Shown here: positions 19,529 to 29,609 of the stretch, piece after piece
Position numbering within the stretch: position 1 is the stretch's first letter
Layout of the letters: each line of letters opens with the position of its first letter
Source of the DNA: Macrostomum lignano
Lineage: Eukaryota
DNA length: 29,609 nt
NCBI GenBank assembly: GCA_002269645.1
Contig: NIVC01003440.1
Coordinates: 1-29,609 of the forward strand
Reading direction: 5' to 3'
Translations under genes and position numbers: made by a program
Notes under the pieces: model-generated
Database searches by the model: none
Told to the model about the DNA's origin: nothing
The model's input: the letters and a program-made list of their open reading frames with translations, nothing else

Positions 19529-20360
19529 GGGGGAGTGACTGGCTGAGCTGGTAGGGAGTGACTGGCTGAGCTGGTAGGGGAGTGACTGGCTGAGCTGGTA
19601 GGGGAGTGACTGGCTGAGCTGGTAGGGGAGTGACTGGCTGAGCTGGTAGGGGAGTGACTGGCTGAGCTGGTAGGGGAGTGACTGGCTGAGCTGGTATGGG
19701 AGTGACTGGCTGAGCTGGTATGGGAGTGACTGGCTGAGCTGGTAGGGGAGTGACTGGCTGAGCTGGTAGGGGAGTGACTGGCTGAGCTGGTAGGGGAGTG
19801 ACTGGCTGAGCTGGTAGGGGAGTGACTGGCTGAGCTGGTAGGGGAGTGACTGGCTGAGCTGGTAGGGGAGTGACTGGCTGAGCTGGTAGGGGAGTGACTG
19901 GCTGAGCTGGTATGGGAGTGACTGGCTGAGCTGGTAGGGGAGTGACTGGCTGAGCTGGTAGGGGAATGACTGGCTGAGCTGGTAGGGGAGTGACTGGCTG
20001 AGCTGGTATGGGAGTGACTGGCTGAGCTGGTAGGGGAGTGACTGGCTGAGCTGGTAGGGGAGTGACTGGCTGAGCTGGTAGGGTAGTGACTGGCTGAGCT
20101 GGTATGGGAGTGACTGGCTGAGCTGGTATGAAAATGACTGGCTGAGCTGGTAGGGGAGTGACTGGCTGAGCTGGTAGGGGAATGACTGGCTGAGCTGGTA
20201 GGGGAGTGACTGGCTGAGCTGGTAGGGGAGTGACTGGCTGAGCTGGTAGGGGAGTGACTGGCTGAGCTGGTAGGGGAGTGACTGGCTGATCTGGTAGGGG
20301 AGTGACTGGCTGAGCTGGTAGGGGAGTGACTGGCTGATCTGGTAGGGGAGTGACTGGCTG
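19529..20360. repeat. 24-bp minisatellite (GAGTGACTGGCTGAGCTGGTAGGG), copy 2
   Basis: Same unit and same + strand orientation as 12290-12676. Confidence 0.95.
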
Positions 20361-21051
20361 ACTGAGGATCCGAGCTTCTCCGTGCTTGCCCAAACCGCTC
20401 GATCTCCTCATCCCAGAATCCCAGCCGCCACATCGGGAAATTCTCAGGGAATCAGCTGCGGTTTTCAGCGGTGCATTAAGTGGTCTCCCGGCCGCCATCG
20501 ACCCAAGCCAGCCTGTCTACTGGCAGTTGCAGTCCCCAGACAGACAGGCATATTTTCCGCTCGAGTGGCAGCGCAGACCAAGAGGAAACGGACGGGCCGG
20601 GCGGCACACGAGAGAGTGACCGCCTGAGGGCACTCGGTGCTCGGCAGCGAAACCGGACACGCAATAGCGGCTGGCCTTTCCTGCCTGACAATTTCTTTTT
20701 CTCATTTTCTGTCTCTCTGCCCTGCCTCCCGGGAGTCTGCGGGGTTGAGCAGATCGGGCGAACCTTCCAATCCCTTGGTTTGGGGAGGGGGCAATTTTTG
20801 TTTGATGAGGCCGCGACAGGAGGCTGGCCAATCAGGGTGCCAACACGACAGGCAGGCAGGAAGAAGCTTGACTTCTGCGATTCCGCATCGTGTGGGTGGA
20901 TACCGCTGGTCTGTCTAGGAATTGGGATCGGAATTCGTTGTACATGCATGAGTTGCTCCTGCACTTTTACTCACTGACTGTATCAGGATTTCTCTTAGTC
21001 TAAGTGGATTAATCACCGTCTTAATAGGTTGCTCATACACGATAGGGTTGC

Positions 21052-21612
21052 TCATACACTAGCTAGATTGGTCATGCACTAGTTAGATTGGTCATACACT
21101 AGCTAGATTGGTCATACACTCGCTAGATCGGTCATACACTAACTACATGTAGATTTGTCATACACTAGTTAGATTGGTCATACACTAGCTAGATCGGTCA
21201 TACACTAGCTAGACTGGTCATACACTAAGCTAGATTGGTCATATACTAGCTAGATTGGTCATATACTAGCTAGATTGGTCATATACTAGCTAGATTGGTC
21301 ATATACTAGCTAAATTGGTGATACACTAGCTAGATTGGTCTAGATTGGTCATACACTAGCTAGATTGGTCTAGATTGGTCATACACTAGCTAGATTTCTC
21401 ATACACTAGCTAGATTGGTCATACACTAGCTAGATTGGTCATACACTAGCTAGATTTCTCATACACTAGCTAGATTGGTCATACACTAGCTAGATTGGTC
21501 ATACACTAGCTAGATTGGTCATAAACTAGATAGATTGGTCATAAACTAGATAGATTGGTCATACACTAGCTAGTTAGGTCATACACTAGCTAGATTGGTC
21601 ATACACTAGCTT
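21052..21612. repeat. 20-bp minisatellite (TCATACACTAGCTAGATTGG)
   Basis: Tandem period ~20 with palindrome CTAGCTAG. Confidence 0.93.
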
Positions 21613-22879
21613 TGATCAAAGGTAGCAGCTATGAGTGTGAGCTGTTCACAAGCAGGCTCAGAGTGCAGTTTACTATTTCTACATCTACATCGCTCAGAAT
21701 CTTGAATTAGGTCAAGTTGCGCACACACTGGCCAAACAGCTTGCCTACTGTAAGCCCCAGGAGTTTTGCAACTTCAGTCCGCATCCTCCCAAAGCGCTAT
21801 AAAAGTACATTTCAGGTTGAGAGAAGCAGATTTCGCAAGCAGCCGCGCGGCGATGTCGGAGCCAGGATCAGCCGCGGCCAGCAGCCGTCAGTCAGCTGCA
21901 GCGTTTCCCACTCGCCCAGCCTCCTCCGGCGGGAACAGCGCCAGGAATGAGCCGTCCTGCCTTCCCGCCCTGCTCCCTCTCCCCACCCCCTGCTTCCCGT
22001 CCGCAGCCAGCCGGAACTGCCCTCAGTGGGAATCTGCGGAATTCACCGGCTCCCCGCTGCCGGCGGGACACGCAGAGTGCTCACCAGCTACGCTCAACAA
22101 CGGATTCCCAACGGATTCTGGTTCTGAATCGGGACAATAGCCTCTTCATAGCTATTAATATTTTTAGGAAATTTTCTGAAATTTTCTGTCAAATCGCATG
22201 TAAAAGTATAGTGTCATAACTTGTCTAAATACATGAAAATATCACTTCTAAATTTGTCTATGGCCGAATTCCACAGACCCCCTTTTGAGCCATAGACAAT
22301 ATAACATTAACAACTCCAGGGCAGACAAGCTTTGCACACCGGTCTTTTGGGCATAGACATTCTCAGCCTCAACACGCCTTCCCATTCACAGAATGCATGA
22401 AGCATCTTAAAGTCACTGCCACAGAGTCACGCACTTCTTTATTCTACTCTACTTTCTCCCTCTCTAGGCTGCTACGAGAGAGCAACCGGTTGGCCAATAT
22501 TGACACTAGCGAGGCCATGTTGCGTATAAAAATCTAGTGAACTCAGGCACGGCTTTGGGGGGGGGCAAGCTGGTGGATGGCAGAGAAAGGATTTTCCAAC
22601 CGTTATCTTTCGCTTCATCTCCTCGCCCCATCTCCGGGCTGTCGTGTCTATAGAGGCAACTGGGGATTATCAAGTCCATCCTTATCAATTCCCCCTTTCA
22701 CTTTTATCTCCCCGGAGCTGCTCCCGCTGCCTGTGTCCCCCCGAATCCGCTCAAATCATCAGCCCTTTGATGTTCCATGCAGCCTCCCTTCGGCCTGTCT
22801 GCTCTGGTGTTCGAACAGTTTCTTTGTTCGTTTTATCCTGTGTTCACCCCGGTGGCGATAGGGGTTTCACGATTTTGTC

Positions 22880-23782
22880 TTCTGCCTGCAGTCTGCCTTT
22901 CCTACAGTCTGCCTCTGTCTGCAGTCTGCCTCTGTCTGCATTCTGCCTCTGACTGCAGTCTGCCTCTGTCTGCAGTCTGTCTCTGTCTGCAGTCTGCCTC
23001 TGTCTGCAGTCTGCCTCTGTCTGCAGTCTGCCTCTGTCTGCATTCTGCCTCTGTCTGCAGTCTGCCTCTGTCTGCAGTCTGTCTCTGTCTGCAGCCTGCC
23101 TCTGTCTGCAGTCTGCCTCTGTCTGCAGTCTGCCTCTGTCTGCAGTCTGCCTCTGTCTGCAGTCTGCCTCTGTCTGCAGTCTGTCTCTGTCTGCAGCCTG
23201 CCTCTGTCTGCAGTCTGCCTCTGTCTGCAGTCTGCCTCTGTCTGCAGCCTGCCTCTGTCTGCAGTCTGCCTCTGTCTGCAGTCTGCCTCTGTCTGCAGTC
23301 TGCCTCTGTCTGCAGTCTGCCCCTTGGCCGCAGTCTGCCCCTTAGCCGCAGTCTGCCCCTTGGACGCAGTCTGCCCCTTAGCCGCAGTCTGCCTTTTGGC
23401 CGCAGTCTGCCCCCTGGCCGCAGTCTGCCCCTTGGCCGCAGTCTGCCCCTTAGCCGCAGTCTGCCTTTTGGCCGCAGTCTGCCCCTTGGCCGCAGTCTGC
23501 CCCTTGGCCGCAGTCTGCCCCTTGGCCGCAGTCTGCCCCTTGGCCGCAGTCTGCCCCCTGGCCGCAGTCTGCCCCTTGGCCGCAGTCTGCCCCTTAGCCG
23601 CAGTCTGCCTTTTGGCCGCAGTCTGCCCCTTGGCCGCAGTCTGCCCCTTGGCCGCAGTCTGCCCCTTGGCCGCAGTCTGCCCCTTGGCCGCAGTCTGCCC
23701 CTGGCCGCAGTCTGCCCCTTGGCCGCAGTCTGCCCCTTGGCCGCAGTCTGCCCCTTGGCCGAAGTCTGCCCCTTGGCCGCAG
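22880..23782. repeat. Bipartite 17-bp / 18-bp minisatellite
   Basis: ~22880-23315 unit GTCTGCCTCTGTCTGCA; ~23316-23782 unit GCAGTCTGCCCCTTGGCC; shared core GCAGTCTGCC. Confidence 0.93.
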
Positions 23783-23801
23783 CCTGGCTGCCCGAACTCA
23801 C

Positions 23802-24036
23802 CCAGAACAGCTTGGCGTAAAATCCAGCAAATTTCTGATGCGTGGCGGCGGCCCGCCGGACCCGCTGCCGCGTCACCTCCATGTTGTCGATGTTGAGGAT
23901 GGCCTCGTCCAGGATACCCATCACCAGCTCGCCGTGCAGCGCCAGCTCGCCGTTCTCGCGAATATTGTCGCTGAGCTCGAGGTGGCTGAACTTCACAAAC
24001 ATTGTCGCCTGCAGGTCTTTGTTTGTGCGGAATAAG
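23802..24036 (-). CDS. Globin exon 2 (B12 to G6)
   Basis: Acceptor ...GATTTCAG| at 24037; donor |GTGAGT at 23801; 235 nt, phase 2 to 0. LFRTNKDLQATMFVKF (CD1 Phe), LALHGELVMGIL (E7 His), AAATHQKF (F8 His). Confidence 0.92.
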
Positions 24037-25739
24037 CTGAAATCGGGGAGGGTGGGGCTTCTTAGAAATCTTCGATTGAACAAAGGATTTCGTCTGTCTG
24101 ACGGACCGCGCATTTCCTCCGCAGTGGGAAAGTTGCTTAGATGCGACAGGCAGCCCCCCCCCCCCCCAAGAGCCGCAAGTCAGAGTGGCAAAGGAAGTCG
24201 AATCCGCCGCCCCCGGAGAAACAGGAATTCGAAATTCGTACTTTTCCGGTCCATTTCTCCACTTTGGTTGCGCCTCGCACCCGCTACACTGGCTGGTGCT
24301 GCCGCATACGGGGCGGAGGTCATGGGACCCCCTTCCCCCGGTGCAGCTGGCATTCAACCTCCCCCCTCCAGTCTCCAGCGCCAGTCCTGCCACACAGCCT
24401 GCACGGCAGCTAATTTGCAGGGAATTTCGTCCTTCGCTGGCGGCTGGAAGGCCGGAGCTGACTGATAAGCGGCTGTCAACGGAATTCCATTAATATTTCA
24501 CAATTGTTGCCAGCGCGTGAGCAGCATGCAGAGTTCACAGGGACAGGTGAAGGCCAAGCATCTTCACCTACGCGACACTGCTGAGAACCTCTCGCTGAAG
24601 TCACAACTTTTTTCTGCAAAACATTTTTTCTGTTCTGATTACTTCAGAGGCCCAATTACGCGAATTTTATTTGTGCCTTCTGAGCTGCGCCGTCGGTGAG
24701 TTGAAATTGCAGAAATGAGGGAAAATCCTGAGCGAACCCGGCCTGACTCAGGGCAGCTCGACAGGCACTCAGACTCGGGCCCCGCCGAAACTAATGAGTC
24801 ACGCCTGACCGAGCTGACTGAGCTGCCTCTCTGACTGCCGAGACTCCCCTAGGAGATTTTCAGAACCTGCTTGAGAAGTTTTGCTCCATCTGAGTTCGGC
24901 AGGCAGGCACCAAGATGGCCAAGAGTGCAGAGCATGGCGTCAACTCCTTGCCAGCTCATTAATTATTAATGCGGTACTCAAAGTGATGCTTTTATAATGA
25001 TGAGGCTTACACTATGCAGTAGAACTCTATCATTGTCGCCAAAAAATTGACGCTGTGTGCACCTGCAAGACATCAGTGGGGCAGCAATTTGGCCTGCAGG
25101 CGGGCGGGCGGGCAGCGAGGGAAGAGCAGGGAGCCAGGGAGAAGGAGGCTGCAGTCGCAGTGCATGCAGGCCCTCCCGCAACGCGTTTTATTGCACCCTG
25201 CAGCCTGCCTGAGCTGCAGCCGCCCTGTGGGAGCAGCCATCCAGCTTGAGTAGTCAGTAGAGTGGGAAGTTTGCTGTAGAAACAAGCGGCTTGCCTGACT
25301 CCCCTAGGAATGCAACTGATATTGACATTCGGGATGTAGAAAAGGGGGGAAAAGCCCCCTTGCTTGGCGCAGCAGTCTCTAAGGAGCGGATACTCTTCAC
25401 TTCTCTTCTCTATCCGTCGCTTAGCCATTGCGGCTGCATGGTAATTCCAAAGCTCGGCTATGCTGTGCTCAGCCGCGAGTCAGATCCCAGATGCCTGCTG
25501 ACACCGGCATAGCCAGACAGGATTTATAATGGATTAAAATCTACGAATGGGACTCAAGAGGTGCTTTGCCGTTCTTGTCAGTTGGAGCACATTTTGCTAT
25601 GACAGGCCAAATGGTTTTTTGAGGGAGAGGAGCCGCTTATCGATCTGCGACAGCGAAAATCTTCAAGTTGGAACTGAAAAATCTGAAACAGCTGAGCTGT
25701 GAGTTCCTGAAATAACTGGGACCATGAAACTATGAGCGA

Positions 25740-26546
25740 ATGAATGAGGCACTGACTGAAAGAGGCGCTGAATGAGTGAGGCACTGACTGAATGAGGCAC
25801 TGATTGAATGAGGCACTGACTGAATGAGGCACTGACTGAATGAGGCACTGACTGAATGAGGCACTGACTGAAAGAGGCACTGACTGAATGAGGCTCTGAC
25901 TGAATGAGGCTCTGACTGAATGAGGCGCTGAATGAATGAGGCACTGACTGAATGAGGCTCTGACTGAAAAGAACTGACTGAATGAGGCACTGACTTAATG
26001 AGGCACTGACTGAATAAGACACTGACTGAATGAGGCACTGACTGAATGAGGCTCTGACTGAATGAGGCGCTGAATGAATGAGAACTGACTGAAAGAGGCA
26101 CTGACTGAATGAGGCACTGACTGAATGAGGCTCTGACTGAATGAAAAACTGACTGAATGAGGCACTGACTTAATGAGGCACTGACTGAATGAGACACTGA
26201 CTGAATGAGGCACTGACTGAATGAGGCTCTGACTGAATGAGGCTCTGATGAATGAGAACTGACTGAAGAGGCACTGACTGAATGAGGCTCTGACTGAATG
26301 AGGCACTGACTGAAAGGCACTGACTGAATGAGGCACTGACTAATGAGGCGCTGATGAATGAACTGAATGAATGAGGCACTGACTGAAGAGGCACTGACTG
26401 AATGAGGCTCTGACTGAAAAAAAAACTGACTGAATGAGGCTCTGACTGAATGAAGAACTGACTGAAAGAGGCACTGACTGAAAGAGGCTCTGACTGAAAG
26501 AGGCACTGACTGAATGAGGCACTGACTGAATGAGGCACTGACTGAC
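25740..26546. repeat. ~16-bp degenerate minisatellite (GACTGAATGAGGCACT)
   Basis: Tandem units with frequent small indels. Confidence 0.93.
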
Positions 26547-26559
26547 AGAGTACACACAC

Positions 26560-26806
26560 CTGATAAACATTTCCACTCCTGTGTCGGACACTTTCCGGTG
26601 AACAGCTTTCCAAGAAGTCTTCAGCTTGTAGACCTCGCGCTCAGTGAGCCCCAGCTTTGGGTCAGCCTCCTTCTTGGCCTCTGCCTGCTGCTGTCCGCTC
26701 GCTGAGCCGTCAGCCTCGGCGCCAGCATCGGCAGCGTAGGGGCACTGCCTCGGCTGGCGCTTGTCGCTGAATCGCACGGAGGACCCTTGAACTGAGTGCA
26801 GCCCAT
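26560..26806 (-). CDS. Globin exon 1 with N-terminal extension (globin X-like / neuroglobin-like); 1-nt frameshift at ~26784-26786
   Basis: A/B helices LGLTEREVYKLKTSWKAVHRKVSDTGVEMFI; donor AG|GTGTG at 26559 (phase 2, B12.2). Upstream ATG 26806 gives MGCTQFK; adding one base to the GGG run joins it to the globin frame. Spliced product ~205 aa. Confidence 0.85.
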
Positions 26807-27826
26807 GAGAGTCCGCTGCTGTGCCTGCCCCTGCTTAGTGCCAAACTGATGTCCTGATGCAGAGCGTGAGCGCTCAGACGCTGGACTGGCGAACCCGGTG
26901 TGGCGATGCTGCTGTGCTGTCAGCGGTCCGGCGATGCAGAGTTGCTGTGCAAACCTGATATGACAGATCCGGCCTCCTGCCCTGCAGCCAATGTCAGGCA
27001 GGGCGGGGTGGCTGCAGGTCCGAGAGTACTCTGCCGCTTCCTCATTGGCCAGCTGCGGATCTTAGCAACTTTTTTAAACCGGGAGGTGAAACTTCTGCCC
27101 CCCACCCCACCGGTGAGGGGGGGGGGTCCGCTGACTCCGCTGGTTGCAGTGAGCGTGGCAATCTGAAAGATGCATGCCCCCCCCTCCTCCCTCTTAGTCA
27201 AACCGGGGGTGTCAGCTTAGCGACTGTTGAGAGCGAGGGTAGAGCAGATCGAGTTCGGCAAGCCCCGGGTATCGAATGGCAGAGCAAGGCCTGAGGGAGA
27301 CCTGCGTCCCCTGTAGCTGCGGCTGCAACAGCTGTGGCTCCGGGCCGGGGCGAGAGCTCCGCCTTCTATCAGACAGTCAGAAAGCGGTTATTTTGCTCGG
27401 ATGATTAATTCCGATCGGCCGCCGGGGGCTGGACAGTTTCTGATTAATCTCCCCGCTTGTACTATTCGGGAAATTGAGCGTAATTAGTTTTGGCTGCCGG
27501 CGCAGCGGGCCCGACTCAATCCAGCTGGGAGGCTGAGTGCGCCATCCATTCCAAATTTGCAGATCGATCGGCCCTGCCCCGCATCGTGTGCGGCAATTAA
27601 CTAATTTGGCAGGGCAGCAGCTCCGCTTGTATCTGAGAATTACGGGGTTCTGAAATGAAAGGAAAAATATTGTTTAGCTCAGTGGCTGCATCAGTCAGGT
27701 TCGCTCAGATGAGACGGGAATGGATTTGATATTCAAAGCATCGGATATAAATTCACTTCTGAAAAAGCTTTTCGGGCTTTGAGGTTTCTGCTGCGGCTCG
27801 CGAAAACGCGCCAGTTTAAACAAAGG

Positions 27827-28122
27827 GGCGCCAGAGTAGACAAAAAGGCGCCAGAGTAGACAAAAAGGCGCCAGAGTAGACAACGAGGCGCCAGAGTAGA
27901 CACAGAGGCGCCAGATTAGACAGAAGCGCCAGGGTAGACGCAGAGGCGCCAGAGTAGACACAGGCCCGAGTAGACACAGAAGAGTAGACAGAGCGCCAGA
28001 TTAGACACAGAGGCGCCAGAGTAGGCACAGAGGCGCCAGAGTAGACACAGAGGCGCCAGAGTAGACACAGAGGCGCCAGAGTAGACACAGAGGCGCCAGA
28101 GTAGACAAACAGGCACCAGAGT
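27827..28122. repeat. 20-bp minisatellite (GGCGCCAGAGTAGACACAGA)
   Basis: About 14 tandem, partly degenerate units. Confidence 0.92.
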
Positions 28123-28640
28123 AGCGGAGGTCACCAAGGCCAGTAGTACTCAGACTTCCTTGCCCAGAAAACGGGCAGCATGTCCTTGCTGAACTGCAAC
28201 ATTGGGAAATATCATTTCGCTTTATAAAAATGATGAAGCCTCAGGTTGACCGCCCCCTCCCGCCCGCAATCTGGCGTTCCTTTGTTCGTCCGTGACTTCC
28301 GTTAAATCTCTGCTAGGAAATAAATATTTCCTGCTACTGCTGCATGAGGCGGATGCTCCAAATAATGAGTGCGCAAAATCGAAATGAAGGCCTCTCCTCA
28401 CGCTCTACCGATGTGGCGTTTTTAATGGGCTCGGGGAGCGCGAATTTCGGCTCACAGAAATCTTCCTTTGCATATTTTGAATGAATTCGAGATTCAATTC
28501 ATTATTAAGAATCAATTGCAGACTAGTGCTCAAGAACTGACTCAGACTTGAGTTGAAGTCAGTCTCAGCTATTTGTTAAGTCTCTTTGCTCACCAGTCAA
28601 ACTTTTGCGCCGTAGACTAAGGGTAGCAGTTGTCTTTAGC

Positions 28641-28798
28641 CATTGTCGGATGATTCATCGTGCAGGAATGCACAAAACGTGCAGGAATGCATTTCTGCGC
28701 CTAATGCTTTTTCAGTGAGATTTTACCATAGACATCCATTCCTGCACGCAAAAGAGTGGCAAGAATGCCATTCTTGCATGGAAAATCAGCCGACAATG
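28641..28798. mobile_element. Putative MITE with ~30-bp imperfect TIRs
   Basis: CATTGTCGGATGATTCATCGTGCAGGAATG at the left versus reverse complement CATTGTCGGCTGATTTTCCATGCAAGAATG at the right; TAGC on both flanks (28637-28640, 28799-28802). Confidence 0.5.
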
Positions 28799-29609
28799 TA
28801 GCGTTCTTCGACTGTATATTGAGTCAAGTGCTTTTTGAGCTCAAACTGACTTCATAAAGCTGTATTATTTTTACAGTGCATTTCTGGCTTCTAGTCAAAA
28901 GCCATTGTTCAAAATGTCTATGGTAATTTAGCTCGTAGTTCAAGGCAATGACATTCATACAATGACCGGTCATTGTTTGGAATTTTAGTGGTATAATTTT
29001 TTAAGTCAACGCGTATATTTTAAACTTAACATATAACAATCAAAAACTTTTAGCTATAGTTAATTCGTCGCACAAATGTCTCGATCGTAGTTATTTATGC
29101 GACATTTATGCGACATTTATGCGACATTTGTGCGACTATGTAGTTTCTCACTCGCTAGGAAATTAAGGAAGCGTTCACCGTAGATGTACATCTGCTTCTC
29201 GTTTCGGCAGGTAGGCTTTCAATTTCTACTCGATCCATCTCGTTAACATCAAGTTGCTGTCCATCTAGGCACGGAGTTCATCGTTAGAACGATCACTTTG
29301 AATGTAGTCAAGGAACGCGGCAAAGTCGTCGTCGCGTCGGTCGATGTTTGAAGTCTCGGAAATAAAGTTCAGTTCGAACGAGTGACATTGCCTAATTCGT
29401 CGATAGCAGATTGCGCCATACTCGCCCGATGAACAGCGACTCTTTAAAACTCCGTCATCTTGACCATAGACATATCATTCTCTATGATTGCGTGTGTTCT
29501 GCGTTGTCTGGAACTGAACTAACTGATTTTTTTCAACCCTTGGCTTTTACCATAGACGTGGCAGATATTAAGATGTGGGCTTCGCACGCTCGTGTCTATG
29601 GCCATTAAC

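Noticed and set aside
8772-28122. CRISPR-like arrays
   Set aside because: All arrays are head-to-tail tandem units with no unique spacers and no cas genes; the context is eukaryotic.

Overview
Eukaryotic, GC-rich, minisatellite-dense genomic DNA, probably from an invertebrate animal (inference from gene structure and repeat types; the species cannot be determined here). (1) Positions 1-8438 hold a near full-length Ty3/Gypsy LTR retrotransposon. It has ~0.82-kb near-identical LTRs, a PBS, a PPT, gag with two CCHC knuckles, and pol in PR-RT-RH-IN order with all catalytic motifs recognisable but broken by single-base frameshifts that look like long-read errors. The stand-out feature is a separate, uninterrupted third ORF (6211-7197) in the position where env usually lies. 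It encodes a DnaJ/Hsp40 J-domain with an intact HPD motif, an acidic linker, a chromodomain and an unrecognised C-terminal domain. (2) A two-exon arrestin-domain gene lies on the + strand (11488-16035). (3) A convergent three-exon globin gene lies on the - strand (19374-26806), with canonical B12.2/G7.0 introns, His at E7 and F8, and an MGC N-terminal acylation motif masked by a 1-nt frameshift. (4) The rest comprises two tRNA-derived SINE copies, a hAT/Charlie-like MITE, short inverted-repeat elements and about a dozen minisatellites, several of which abut splice sites. Most long ORFs in the supplied track beyond 8.5 kb are artefacts of tandem repeats.
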